Source: Flectonema sp. DT1601 (Eukaryota). Taken from it: a stretch of DNA of 64,000 nucleotides. The first letter of the stretch is position 1; every line of letters begins with the position of its first letter. The notes under the pieces were generated by a model. That model searched no databases and was not told the origin of the DNA. It was given only the letters and a program-made list of their open reading frames with translations. Made by a program: the position numbers and the translations under genes. The stretch is taken from assembly GCA_964019425.1 (NCBI GenBank), contig OZ025794.1:1178001-1242000 (forward strand), in the 5' to 3' direction. Positions 8,601-23,600 of the stretch are shown one piece after another.

Positions 8601-11600
8601 GATTAAGGACGACAGCGACAACAATGATGGAAACTTTGTAAAGGACAAACGCTGTTTCACATACGTCCCTCAGGCAGCAACCAAGGCCGCAGCGAAAGAG
8701 TACTGCCGCATGATGGGACGGAATTCGAACACTTACGGATACTTGGCTACCATTCCTAATGCTGCTGTTGAGTCGACTTTCGCTATGAAGTCTCCACAGC
8801 CATACTGGACTGGTCTCGAAGTGGCGGGCGCTTCAACTCCGCTTAGCGTGATCTGGGACTCTGGTTCTGACTCTACCTGGTGGAGCAGCACGTACGGAAA
8901 CCCGGCTAACCCGGATTACTCTTTCGAATTCAGAAAGGGTTGCTGCGCCGGTCTTTGGGAACCAAACAGCGCCGGCTACCTCGAAACAGCTGACTACACG
9001 GCCAAGCCAAGTATGGATGGCTGCATCTCATACGACCACAACACCGTTTACTACCCATATGCAGCAATCGAGTGTGAGAATACCCTTCCATTCTTCTGCG
9101 AGTTCGCTCCAAAACTCGAAATTAATTTAGCAGTTGTTGGAGTTGACGGAACAATTCAGTCCCAGAAGGGTATCTACAAGGGAGACCCTGTTCTAGAGTT
9201 CAACGGTGTTGTCCTTACCCGCTCACGATTCGGAGAAGACTACCCAACTGTTATGGTTCAGGCCAGCGCCAGCACGGGATTCCTGTTTGCCAGCGGCGTT
9301 CTGTTGAAGTGGAAACCATCACCTGTTACTGGTCTTCGTGCTTACTTCACAGTTGACGGAATGAAGAGCAACTTCCTCGAGAGCAAGGCTGGTGCTGATA
9401 TTCACATCTTCGCTGAGGGTGTTACTGACATGAATGCGTTTGCCCCTTTGACTGATGGCATTTACCTTGCAATCTATGAGAACGAAGATTCGGAGGTTCC
9501 GCTCTGGACTGCTGGTGTCTGTTATGCAAGGACCGAAGGAGGATGCCGTGTAATATTGACTAAGGAGGATAACCGTGACATTGTCACAAAGGCCAGGACC
9601 CTTATCGTCAGGGCTCGCTCTGGTACGCTCGAGAGAAGACCTTTAAAGATTGATCTCCAGGTGATTGCGGGTGATGCCTGCAGAATTGGTGAGGGTACCT
9701 GTCCAGAAACAGCCTTGTACAACGTTGAAATCGGACCAATGCAGTTCCCAGTTCTGGATTGCTACGGTAATCCGGTTTGTGATTCGCAAGATGTCAGCAT
9801 CACCGGAAATGGTAGGAAGGCACTCACCAGTACCCTCAAGATGATCTGTCCTCACTTGTCGGCAACTGACTGCTGTGCTTCGTTAACTGAAGTGGGTCGG
9901 TGTCAGCAAGTTGGTTGCTTGTGGGGTGACAGAGCTACGATGAGTGATACGATCTGCCCGCATGGCACGTGCTGCTTTTCAAGAAACGGTCCTGAGTTGG
10001 AACCGTTTGTTGGAGGCAGTCGCATTTACTTTCCTGAGAGAATGTGTTTCCCAAACTCACACGGTGTTCTCTACCAGGGAGGTGCTAAGAATACCGGTAG
10101 AGCTGCCAACTGCGACTACTCATCAAACGACAAGCTCGAAGAATCAGAATTTGAAGACAACTTCTACATCAAGGTTATTGAGGGCGGAAGGTTGCAGCTT
10201 GAAGTTACTGGAGATCGACGCGAGGTTGAGTTCGCCGGGAGTTACGACGTCATTGGCAGCACTTGTGTGCCAACTGCTAACGGTGAGGTGAACCTTTTCG
10301 ATTCCTACGTGTTGGACAGTACGAACGTTTGTGACACTACAAAGGATTCGTACAACGCTGCCGACTGCCTTCAGTTGGATCGTCCACTGTGCGAAAGTCA
10401 CTGCACGCGGGAAAGCGGTTGCCTGGGATACTCATACACTGACGAAGAGAGTACAACGGTGACGCAAATCTACGCCCAGACCTTATTCGAGGCTGTCGGA
10501 TGCACAAAAACATACAGCGGATCTCTTTCCATGTCGGTGGAAGCAATGACTGAACTATTCAGCGCTATGTGCAGGAGTAACTTGGGGGGGGATTGCTGCA
10601 CTGGAACCTGCAATTGTGCTGTGCCACAACATTGTCCTTTATCTCACCCGCACAGTTACACCGGCGGCTGTTGTTCTAACGCTGGTTTTGACAGTGCCGC
10701 TGGTACATGCAGCGATGGAGCCGCAATGCCTTGCCTCAGGGAAACTGGCACAGCGGGAGTGTATGCGGTTCTTGTTCAGTCAGAAGCATTCAGTGAAGGG
10801 TTTAATGTTCAGGGAACATCTGATGTTTCGAACTTCGGCGTGAATTTCGTCACAACTAGCGGATGCAGTTCTGGTAGGTCGTTGTCAGTTACTCTGGGGG
10901 GAGTAGTTGTTCGCGATTTGGGATGCACATCTGAAACATCTGTTGTGGTTAGTGTAACTGGTTTCACACCTTCACCGTTAGGAAGCGTATTCAGGGGTTG
11001 CTACCAAGACCAAACTGGAGACAAGGTAAGCAGGTTCACAGTGGTGTCTGAGTGTAGAGCCTTCTGTGATGGTAGCGCATTCTGGTCCATGACTTGCCCA
11101 GAGACTGATGGAAGTTTCACGTGCAAGTGCTTTGCCGCCGAACCGGCAACAGCTCTCGATCAGTCGCAATGCTACGCAACAAACGATTACTGTGGTGGTT
11201 CTACCTCGAAGGGTACCTTCGTTATTGGTGGAAATGCACTCGCAGTCTACGAACGTTCAAACTCCATGTTTGTATCTACTTCATGTGTTCCACATTTACC
11301 ACAGAACGTCAGAAAGTGTGAACTGTTCATGAGTGGGAGAGATGTCTTGGATGTCATCTTAGAAAACGATCCGTTCAGAAACTACGTCAGAGGTGCGAGA
11401 GGCAACGACAACAGCTATGTCAACGTCCTTTCGATGGCCGAAGGTTCAATTTCCACCAAGGAATGCTACACTAAGTCGGTCACAAGCGCATTGCCAATGC
11501 CTCTATTCTCTGTTCAAATTCTCGGACCTGCGGCAAGCGTTATTGACTTGGTTGGTCCTCCAAGAGATCGGGATCACATTCTGAGCATCGAGAATGCAGC

Positions 11601-14600
11601 GAACTGGCAATGCGAGCCAGCTGCGTCACCACAGACTGTTGTCAACGCACTTAAAGATAGAGTGGAGCAGGGTGAATACTACATCGTTAAGATCAATGCG
11701 ATTGAGAAGAGAGAGAACTGGCCCGAGGGTATCAGATATACTGTTCGTCAGATGCAGGTTGCAAACGTGGTCAATGCAAATCTCGGATGCAATGACGCCA
11801 GCTTGGATATTCCTGAGCCAGAGTGCACTGCTGGATACAACTGTCCATCAGGCTGCAAGGGAGCGAAATTTACGAATTCTGTGCTTCCTGCTGATGGTAC
11901 TTGTGAGGAGACGACGCTCACAGTTCGGGCCACTACTGCTGCTGCGAGTGTGTCTGATGGAATTTGTCAGATAAGGATGGGATGTGCTTCATTCGCTATC
12001 ACCAGGTCTCCTCCAACAATCAGATCGGGTGTTCCTATCAGGGAACCAGGCGCTTTCAGGTTCGAAATAGTTGAAGCTGCATTCAGGAACTCGGACAACC
12101 AAGTCGGTTGGAAACTTGACATCACAGACTGCAACAACGTTGTTGTGAAGTCCTGGTCTTCAACTTCTACAACTCTTCTTACGAGAGCCATCAACTACAT
12201 GTCGGAAGGTCTAACGATGGAGCCAGGGACTTGGTTCCCAGAGGGTTACACTGGCCGGTGCAGCTCTTTGAGGGTGACCGTTACATCGACCACACACTCT
12301 ATTAGGAAGGCGGTAGCAGTTATTGCTGTTCTTCCGGGACACCCATACGAAGTGTACGTCAAGGAAGACATTCCTAGATGCATTGAAGCATGTGACACCG
12401 CCATTGTTTCTTCGTGTGAGCAGCTCAGATGGAAGATTGGATTAAGAACCAAGAATGGAATGATTGCTAGAAACAGGGGAATGCAGTGTGTTGCAAGTGC
12501 CTCGATCTTCGACAATTCGGTCTCTGACTACGTTCCAACCAGATTCTCAAGCAGTTTTAATACCCTTTCTGGAACTACTAACGCAGAAGGAGAAGTTTCG
12601 TTCTCGTCAGGATTCAGTGTTGCTGGTCAGTTAAAGATTGTTGTTGAGTGCAGTTGTCCAACCTGCTTAAGACCAGACGGTAACAAGGTTAGACTTCAGA
12701 GATTCCAAGGATATGTTAATGTCTACCCGGCTGCTCCTTTCCAGTTGAGTTGCGCTACCGACAGATCAGATGTGCTCGCGATGGACTTTATTGATGTTCA
12801 GGCATCAGTTAGAGACATTTACGGAAACTTGAACGCTGACAGAGCTGACAATATGGTGATTTCCTTGACCGAGGACTCCCCGGGAATGCTTTTGGGATCA
12901 ACTCGCGAGGAAATTATTGACGGTACCACTTCGTTGAGAGTCATGACCGACAAGGTCGCCGAGTCCTTGACTCTTTCGGTTTCCGTTGCCCCTGCCACCG
13001 ACATCACCCCGACTAATGCATACTCACACGTTGGCTGCTACACTGACTTCTCAAGGTTCTCGTTGGTCGATCAACAAGTGTGTATGAAGACAACCAGCAA
13101 GGCTACGTTCTCACCATCTGAATGTGCGGCTGAATGTGGGATCTACCCAACATTCATAATTACTAAACCTGAGGCTGGTGTTGAGTTGTGTATCTGTACT
13201 ATGCAACCCCCTCAGTCACTCACTGAGTATGGATCGTCTGAAAATTGTCAGACTAGCCAGACTGGTATAAGTAGTGACGTTCGCTACCTAGCCGTGTACA
13301 GGAGAGAAACAGCATTCCCGAGAGTGTTGGTCGCTGCTACCTGCAGAGCCATTACTGTTCACCCTAATAGGCCAAGGAGACTCGTCCTCATCAACGAACC
13401 TTGTTATGAAAACGACAACGGAATCCTTGTTGGTGACTACAGTCAGAGATGTCAGCAGACGTCGAGCAGAGTCACATGTCCAGAGGCAGCGGTTGGACAG
13501 GAATTGTCATACACTGTTCATGTCCTTGATGCTGGTGGTAACTTGGCAGATGTTGCCGGGCTCTTCAAATCCCACCAACACTCGTCTAACGTAGTCGACT
13601 GTCAGAACATTGTCGAGTCGTCGATTTCCGACGGTGGAGATGTGATTCCTTCAACGAGTGTTTGCATTGATGGTTACCCAGAAGAAAACGCATTCCTCAA
13701 CGTTCGTGATTTCAGGGACGAGGGAGACAGGGTTACCGTCTCACCACCGCAAATCATTAACCGTGACGGCCCTGTGCTCGAGTTCACACTCACGTCCAAC
13801 ATCGCTGAGTGCTTGACTGTGAACATCCAAACTACTGGAAGCGTTGAAGAGACTCGCGTTTCCAGAGAAATCTGCTTCCACGCCGGTCCAATCTCCAGAA
13901 TTGCAATTTCGAACTACCCGGACGTGCACCCAGCTCTCGTGCCATTCCCGGAAATGAATGTTAACGTTTACGATAAGTTTGAGAACGCTGTCATGTGGAG
14001 CAAATCTAAGCTAAACATCATTCCAACTGATGACGGTGCCGTGGCTTCTGGACCTGATATGTGCAAGTACTTGAACCCTGCCGACAACACCCGTCAAACG
14101 AGAGTTGTGAACGCCCTATACAGGGTTGGAGGAACTCACGCTGATGGCACTGGTGAGTTAACTCCTTACAGACCATTAGTTCAACTTAGTGATGGAGAAG
14201 GTACCTTTGGAGGATTTGCCTACCACTCTCTTGAGACTGGGCTCGACACCCCGTGCTTTAGACTGATGCTTCAGCTTAGGAGAACTACTAACGCTGTTTT
14301 CTCGTGCCCTGCTGGAATTACTTCCGACACGCTCATTGAAAACCTGATGTTGGAAAATGATGAGTACACCACAATTGATGAACTTACTTCGAGAATCGAC
14401 ATTGTTGGACCTGCTCTCGTTATTATCAACCCACCAAACACCAACCGAATTGTTGTGAAAGCGTTGCAGTTGTACGATGTTGTTCTGTCTGTTCTTCTTG
14501 GAGATGATGGCACCAACAGAGAGAGAAGGTGTTGGGAAGACAGCTCCTGCAACATCGTTGGCTTCGCTACCCGCATGGAGTACGTTGCGGGACCAATCCC

Positions 14601-17600
14601 ACTGAGCGAATGTCCAATGTGCGGCCGGGATATTGGACCAGCCCAAGGCACCGATGGCCGTCTTGTTAGGTTCTCCCGTATGAGTCGCAGGGTTGCGGGT
14701 GTGTACGATTTCAAGTTCTGGGGACAGGGAGGTATTCAGGGAGTTCCGTTTGCTACTCCTGTTGACTTTCAGGTTGTCATTCTCCCAGGTGATGCAAAGA
14801 AGTTGAGATACAAGGACTGCATTTTTGGACAAAGGATTGTTGCCGGGGCCAACTTTGATAAGACTATCGAGGTACTCGATCAGTCTGATAACGTTGTCAC
14901 CGCCTACACTATTGATATTGAACTTCAGCCATACAGAAGAATTGGAGCTTCTGGAGTTGGCGGGGCATACGGCTGGGTTGGAAGAACCTCCAACCTTCAG
15001 GGTTCTGACAGCGCTGTGTTCACTGGCCTCACTATTAACACAGCTGTGAGGTGGGTGATCACTGCAACTTCTGGCACTCTTACTCCAGCTCACTGTGATG
15101 TTCAGATCATCCCTGCTCCACCAGCAAGCTGCAACGTCTACAGGGGAGATTCATTCAGCACCCCACCAACATACACCAAGGCTGGTGAACAATTCAGGGT
15201 TGCTGTTGAATTCGTTGATGAGTACAACAACGTCATCTTCGAGCAGTTAAATGGAGGAACTGTCGTCGTTGCTGCACACCAGGCCAGGGGTCAGCTCAAC
15301 GGAGATTTGTCGGAAGAAATCATGGGACCAGTTACTTCGTTCTCTGTCAACTACCAGATCGCCCCTGAGGATCTCGTCATCTCTGCAACGACTCCGGGTG
15401 TACCACCATGTTTCACTAATGGTGGAAGCATTGTTCCTTCTGACCCAAAGAGGTTGGTTATTACTGAAGTGAAGGAGAGAGTTGGGGGTGTTACAAAGCT
15501 CCCACTCGACCCTATCACTGGACCAATGGATAATGAAAGGGAATCACCACTCCGTGCCAATGAGGAGTTCTGCGTCTTTGTTGAGATTAGAGACGACTAC
15601 GGCAACGTTGTTGATGAGAGCGTGGCAGCTATCCGCGCACTGTACGGATCTGAAATCGAGGGTGGATCTCTTTTCGATATTGGTAACTCTGGTTGTGTTG
15701 ATGAAGAATCGACCCCATTGGATCCATTTCAGTTGACACCTCCTTTCCCAGCATCTGACTTTTTCTTACCTTTACCCCTAGGCGGGTTTGAACTGAACAC
15801 ACTCAGTTCAACTGAATTACCAGATACTTGTGCCACAACCAGCTCTGATCCTCCTAGCGGATCTGCGGTTCCCGACATTGATGAAACGTCCGAAGCAATT
15901 GACAGACCAGAGCATCCAAACCGCCGCGTATCCCTTCGTCGTAAGAAGTGCGCTGGTGCATGTAAGAAGACAGATGACAGACTTGGCGGAATTAAATTTA
16001 TGGACTCCGATAAAGGAAGATTCCCAATCTGTGGAGTCACTTACAAGAGAGCCGAATGTATTTACATCGAGGCAAGTTCAGAAGACCTGACTCCAGATGT
16101 ATCGCCAAAGGTTTGTATCTCCCATGCTCAAGGGACACGATTGGAATGCAGAACCGCAGCCGTGGCCTTCCCTCAAGGCAGACCATTCGGAGCCGTACAC
16201 GCATTGTTGTACGACAGCTTTGGAAACACCGCTACTGACTGTGAGCGTGACGGTGACTGTTCCGTTACTATCAGGGAGCTGCCTGATTCGACGGCGTACA
16301 CCTGTTGTGGAAGGGTCACAAACCCAAACCTCCCAGCCGGGGAGTTGGAAGGCGACGAACTGACGAAGAACGCCGCTGAGGGAGTAGCGACATTTGATGA
16401 TCTGGTTTACACTCGCGAGAGACCAGCAGCCACCGACCCGCTCCGTTTGGAAGTCGTCAACGATGATGCCTCCATCAGGGGTTCATGTAATTTGATGTCT
16501 GTTTTGGGTCTCAGAATCTTGTGTACTGATTCACCTAACCAGGTTATCGCTGGAACTGACTTCAGTATCAGAGGTGCTTACGCATTCGTACAGAATGGAG
16601 TCTTCCGAAGCATTGTATGCGACGGCCCAACACCAAACGAGCACTGTGACAGCAGGTCATTTGCCAAGGTTGCCAGCGGTGGTGTTGCAACCGAAAACAA
16701 CCGATTCGGAGTCCAGGTCGCAGCGGCGGGTCCGATCGCAAATGACGCAGACCCATGTGCGCTCAGTACAAATGATGCCTGTCCAGAAAACACTTGCACC
16801 GTCCTTGCCATCAGAAGGCACCCATTTGACATGCCTGCGCAAACGTGCCGTGCTTCTATTCCTTGGGACCAGCCGGGAGTTACTGCAGCTCAGGGTGTCG
16901 TTACCTTCAGTAACTTGAGGTACCACGTTGCTGGCACCATCAGGACTGAGATCACCCCTCGATCAAACAGTCCGATATCACCACGTGCATGGATTAACGC
17001 ACCAGCGTGCAGCAACTCACCAGGAAATTGTCCAGCGGTTGTTGTTGCTCCAAGTGTTCCTTATGAGATGTGCATGGGAGGAGCCAACTGCAAGAAGTGC
17101 ACTCGCGCACACAGCCAGGACCTCAGTTGCGGTACCTGTCCAAAGAGAAAGGTCGTTGCTGGAGAGTCGCTTGAGATGGGAATGCACATTCACGACATTT
17201 ACGGAAACACCGTCGGTGCTCCAGCTACCTCCAAGACTGTTGTCTCGTGCAAGGTTACCAGCGCTAACCCGACGAGAAACCCAGATGAGCTTGCAAGGCT
17301 CTATCCGAAGTCTGTCTCCAGAAACGGAGCTCGGGCGATTTTGAACGCCGCAACCAATTTGAACACCTACGGTCAGGTTATCACCTCTGAATCAACTCTT
17401 CACGTTGCTGGTATGTACGATCTCACCTGCTGGGCTGATGTATGGAGCACCGATGGCTACAAGACCGGATTCCCAACAGTGTCGTCGCCAGGTAACGTGG
17501 CGTGGACCCCAGTTTTGAAATTGGGTGGTACTGAATTCGACGTTGGTAGCGCGCAGTTCAACGTTCTGCTTAACGCTGCCACCAACAAGGTCATCAGACG

Positions 17601-20600
17601 CAGCTCAGAAGGTCAGGACTCATTCATCAGAGTTCTTACAGTTGAAACTAACTTGCTGGATGCCTTGAAGGACGAGTTCAGGTTGACGAGAGGAAACATT
17701 GAGATCTACTCGACATACGCTGATGCTGTTGCGAGACAGAACGCTTGGCCACTTGACACGTGTTACGACCTCACCAATGCTCAAATTGGAAGTGACGTTG
17801 GGTTCCCAGGATTCTGCTCTCCAGCTGGCAACGCGGAGGCGGAATCATCCTGGTTGTTCAACTCTGCATCCGGGAAGCCATTTTCTCAGCCTGCTACTTT
17901 CTACATCGAGACGCCGTCGGGATGTTCCGAAAGAAAGGGAGCCGTTAACTCCAGAAACACACTTTTCGTTGCGGAAACCGACACCTTCGAAATGTGTGTT
18001 GCGGCTGTCAAGGAACACGCTTCTGGGTTTGGTGGTTCTGTGAACGCCAACGGTGCGTCATGGGAGTCGACTAACCGTTACTGCTATGCCGTCGTTACTA
18101 CATTCTCGAGTTCAATTGAAACAACTGAGTCAGCCACTTCCTTCACTTGTGATTTCCCTCTTGTTAACCGGTTGTCCGGCAATGGTCTCTGTTACTGCGA
18201 GGGTAATATTCAATGCCCATGTACTGCTCCATTGAGGTCTGATGAGAACCTTCGTAAAACCTGTCAGATTGAAGTCATTCCAGCTGCACCAAAACAATTG
18301 AAGTGCGTTCAGAGGTCACCTGATGTATTCGCTGGGGAGGTAACTAGCATCATTGCTACCGTTAGGGATAGGTTCGGAAACAGAGTTCACGACCTTCAGA
18401 CTGGTAGTGTCGTGGCATCCTTCCCTCTGAAGACCGCTCCTTCGATCCCAGCTGTTGTCAGCGGACGTATCGCAGATGGTGAAGCAAGGATGTCTGTCTC
18501 GTTCACAAAGGCCGAGGATGTTGCGGTCTTTGTGAGCGCGGTAAATGTGCCAAGCATCCGTTCCGGAACGTTCCTTTGCCCGGTCACCGTGATCAACAAG
18601 GAGAATGATCAGTGTCCGCCATGGAAGATTACCTGCCCGCAGGATACTGAGTTCTGCTGTGAAGGCAAGAGAACCTGTCCGGGAGGTAAGTTTTTGGCCA
18701 TCTGCCCAGCTGACCTTTCGGTGGCTGCTTTCATTGAACAGCCAACCGATGATGTGCCATGTACCCAGTCTGCGCACGTTGCGTCCGAAAGAATGATTCC
18801 AAGAGTTAGAATTGTTGTTCGCGACAGATTCGGAAACATCAAGAATCTGACTCCGTTGACGGTTACCATTATGCTTGCTTCGTCAACCAACCCATCGACT
18901 ACCCTCAGGGGTACGTTGACGAAGAAGACTGTGAACGGATACGCCACATTCGACGACTTGTCCTATTCCATTGCGGAGAAGATCACTCTTCGCATTGAAG
19001 TTCTTGAGAAGTTGGCCGTCATCGCAAAGAAGTCCCTCACTTACGAATTGAAGTCTGACAGAACGATTAACGTCTGCCCGGGTGACCTCTGCCAACTTCA
19101 CGAGATCTCCGCTCCGGACACCTGCACCTTTGACGTACCTAACGAAGACACTGTTGATATCGTTGCCAGGGATCGCGCTGGAAACGTTCTCAGAAGCCAC
19201 CAAGTTAGGGACTGCAGTGTCCAGCTGCAGGTCGCTAACTCGGACCGCATCACTGGATGGACATTTGATTCGGCCACAAACTTGTACAAGGTCAACGCCC
19301 CTGCTCTTGCAGCTGCGGGCACCTGGACCCGTTCCATTTCTGATGTTAGCCGTGAGTTGAGGTTCTTGTGGGGACACACTACCACCAAGCGCTTCGGTGC
19401 GGCTGCTACGAAGTTCACAGTTTACGGTGGTGCGACTGCTTCACCACTCGACCTGTACCAGCAGAAGGTTCCTGAAATTCCGAGATCCAGAGTGTTGAGC
19501 TATGACGTTGACACCAAGGAATGGGAAGTTGCTGAAGCTCAAGTTATGACTGGTCTGAAGGCCAGGCCAGGTTCCCTGAGGGGCAATGATGCTGGAGGTG
19601 AATGTTACGAACTCGACGGGACGACAAGGGCTCCGATGAGCTCTTGTGACGCTGCTGGTCCAGCTGGGAGACTCGGTCACGCTGCCCACTCGTTGAGGGC
19701 AACAAATGGTGGGGAAGTTATGTTTGTGTTCGGAGGTACTTCCAAGGGTTTGGAATGCTGCAACGGTGACATGTGGAGATACGAAACAGCTCAAAACAGG
19801 TGGAACCAAATTGGGTTGGCAGCTAACCTCAAGCCGCAGCTCGCCGGAGGTTCGTCGGTTGTTTACAAGAACAAGCTTTGGTACTTCTCGGGTATCGGTG
19901 GAGTGAACCGCAACGGCGGGATGCCAGCCAACACCCAACTGTACAGCATCGACCTAACTGCCGCTCTTGACCCTTCTTCAGTTCCTGAGCTACAGTGGGA
20001 GACGGTATCGATTTCGGGAGCTGCTCCCAACGCACGTGTCGAGGCAGAAGGCTTCTTGATTGGAACTCGTATGTACGTTGTGGGTGGTGTTCGAATTGTT
20101 CCACCGTTTGGTGCTGTTGTTGAATCGACTATCTGGTCGATTGATCTTGAAAACGTATTTGCCGGATGGAGACTGGAGACTGATGAGGGTCCAACTGTCA
20201 GCGGCTCAACTGTTGCATACGATGAGGACCGATTGGCGTTTTCGTTCTACGGAGGGTACGACAACCGCGAAGACGTCATTTCCGGCACATCAAGGAGGCA
20301 GGCAGTCAAGATGTACTCACTCGTTGATGGGTGGTTGACTTTGGGAGAAGACTTTATGGCACCAGTTGGAACTGAGGGATGTGTTGAAAGGTTCGGACTT
20401 ATCTCTTCAACAACGAAATCACCTGGCGTTGACCGTTGCTCTGAACGTGGTAGTGAGGCAGCATGCAATGCAGACGCTGCCGCTTGCGGCATGTTGGCCA
20501 CTCAGGAAGATTGCGAAGCCGAAAGTGCCTACAGGTGCGCTTGGGACACGGACGTCAGGGCTTGCATTGTTCCATGTGAGTGGAAGCCTGAAGTTAAGAT

Positions 20601-23600
20601 GCCACAAAGATATGGCGGTCGCAGGGCTCACTTCTTCAACCACGCACCTAGCCAGAACAAAGCATTGTTCTTCTTTGGAGGATACTCTGAGTCTTCAATT
20701 GAGTGCCGGTACAGGTTCAGGGATGCCAGTCCAGCAATCACGTGTGCTGGTGATGCCGATGTTTGGTATCTCGAGTACCCAGAGAGGAGTTTGAACAAGC
20801 TTGCTTGGGATCTTCGCCCTCACGAGACTGCGTGCAGTGGATCCGCTGAATGTACCAGACACTGGAGAAGAACCCAGTGCGTCGCTGCTGGATGTACCTG
20901 GGCCAGAGGAGTTGTTGCCACTTCTGACGAGTCCGTTAAATGCAGGCCTGAAGACACCGACTGCATTAGATTAACTGGTCCACTCCAGGTTCCAATGACT
21001 ACGGCAAACGTTGAATTCAGCGGATTTACGGTCTCGTCACTCAGAAACATTGCAATTGGCAATCCGCTGATTGATGGTTACTGTGTTTCAAGGGATGACG
21101 CTACTGCTTGCGCTGGCAGAGTCCAGGCTGATTGCACTGGGAGCTGTACCTGGGTCAACAAGGTTACCCCAACTGAGATGCTGGCTCAGATGTCTGTTAC
21201 TGTTACTTGCCAGACCACCCCACCAACTAAGGTATGCAGGACTAAGCCATTGGTACTGAGCAACGCTATGAAGTGCTCTCGTTGTAAGTTGACCATCCCG
21301 GCATCCAGCTCACCGAGATCGGGCAGCAGAACGATGATCGCTGGAAAGCAGATGAACGCATCCCCATACACGATGCACAACATTAACGCCATTACTGTTC
21401 TTGTCACCGGACCGGGTGGTGAGCAGCTTGCTAACGGTGACGAGGTAAGCACTGGAACTGAAATCTATTTGAAGCAATCGAGATTTGTCAACAACATTAA
21501 CAGTCCAAGAGACGTTCTTGCGGATGCCACCCCAATTGCCGCAGCAGCACTTGACGGGCAGTACTCGGGATACTTCGGGGCTTCATTTAGTGGCCTTGAC
21601 TGGACCGTATACAGTTCCCCTGCCGTGTTCTGGGTGACAGCCGTCCACAGGGATGGTGTTTGCCAATCCAGTGAGCCATGGCCGATTAACGTTGTCCCAG
21701 GTACCGCATGCAAGTTTGCGATTAAAAGGCAGCCAGCTACTGTGAGAGCGGGAACTGTGTTCTCTGTTACTGTTGCCCTTCACGACGGTGTTTCAAACCC
21801 AAGTGGGGGATTTGGAAACGTTGCGTACTGTGATGTCCAGAGGAACCAGTGGAGATTACCAGTAAAGACTAAGGGCAGACTCATCAGGAGTGTCGACGCC
21901 CTCAACTGGAACGCTTGTCAGTCTGTATGCAAGGGCGATGCCCGCTGCACGGCTTGGAACTTTAACACCCGTGGGGTCTCTTTTGCTGATGCCGAAGATG
22001 TGACCCAACAGGTTCCAGCAAACACCTGTCAGCTATTCAGAGGACTGTCATACATCCCAGACAATGGATGGGCACAGGTTGCATATGGTATTACTGGTCA
22101 AATTGGTGGTATTCCTTGTCAGGATGCCTTCCTAACACTTGACGTGTTTACGCCTACGTTGGGAACTCCGGAGGGAACTTTGTTTGATGCCGGAAATTTC
22201 TTGGGAGCGAGAAGATGCGTGAAGGTCCCTCTCGAGTTCAGACTGACGAGCATGATTCACACAACTGGACCTAGTTGCAACAGGTGCTGCCGTGACCAGG
22301 GTGCTACTTCTGTTGCTATATTCGACAACCAGTGTGGATGTATCTTTGATGGGGAGTACCCACCTGCTCAGGGACTTTGCCAAACTACGGTCGGGAACGG
22401 ATTGAACGTCATCGTTAGGGACATCATTGAACCATTCCGTGAGGCTATCGTCAGCCACAGAGTTAACTTCGGAGGTCTCTGGCACAACAGAGCTGAGACT
22501 ATTAGATTCGAGTTCACTCACTCCATTCCTTCTACGATGTCGAGATGTGGACCTTCCTACAGTCAGGACATTATTGTTATTCCAAACGATCCTCATCACA
22601 TGAACATTCTTTCTGTTCCAACTGAGTGGCACGTATCAGAGTGCGGGACTGCTGATGGTCCGATAGAGGTCAGGCTTGAGATTGTTGATTTCTGGAACAA
22701 CGTGGTTCCAGTTTCTCACAGAGTTGTTGCTCAATTGAGACAGGGAACTGGTGAACTTGGAGGAAATGCTGTGCTCGCTGTGAATGGTCTTGTTACCTTC
22801 CGATTCACTTACGACAAGGCTGAAGACATTAGAATCTACGTCGTCAACACGGATCTGGTGGAAGGGTTCCCCACATCATCTGGGGTTGCGGATGCGTCCC
22901 AACTATCTCAGGGGGGACTTTCGCAGTGCTCCAGGCCCTGCTCTGGCAACTCGTGCTTGCATCCGACTCCGCGAGTCTGTTGCAACTCTCTCCCAGAAAT
23001 TAAGATGCTGACGGGTCCTGCTCTCAGGCTGAAAACCCTTACTCAGCCGCCAACGGAAATCAGATCATACGGAAACGGTGACTGCGAACCGTTCCAGTAC
23101 GAAGTTGAGCTCCGTGACAAGTGTGGTAACAGAATCACCGACGCTCGATCGGGCAGGTTTAACACTCACGCCAACGCCGCACTGGCGTTGTCGATGAGAA
23201 CGTTGCAGCCAGAGAAGTATGTGAACAACGACCCAGAAACGAAGTACACTCAGATGTCTAACTTGATCTTAGTCCAAGGTCATGCTGTCATCAAGGGAGC
23301 TCACTCCCTTGTCGACTCTGGCATCGCATTCACTATTTCCCTTGACGGAGTTCCTGCTATCAGGCCTGCCATGCCACAGGCCATCAAGGTCAACCATTGT
23401 ATCCCAAGAAGGCTCCAGATCATTTCTCCAAAGGCGTGCAACGACGAAACCCGATCAATTCCAGTTGTCGGAACGAGGCAAACGATATTCGATTTGAACG
23501 TCGCTGTGTTGGATGCCGATGGAAACGTTTGCACGACTGAGAACCCAATGTCGGTAAGCGACTTTAGCTGTAAGACGGGATCGTTGTCCGGTGGAAACTA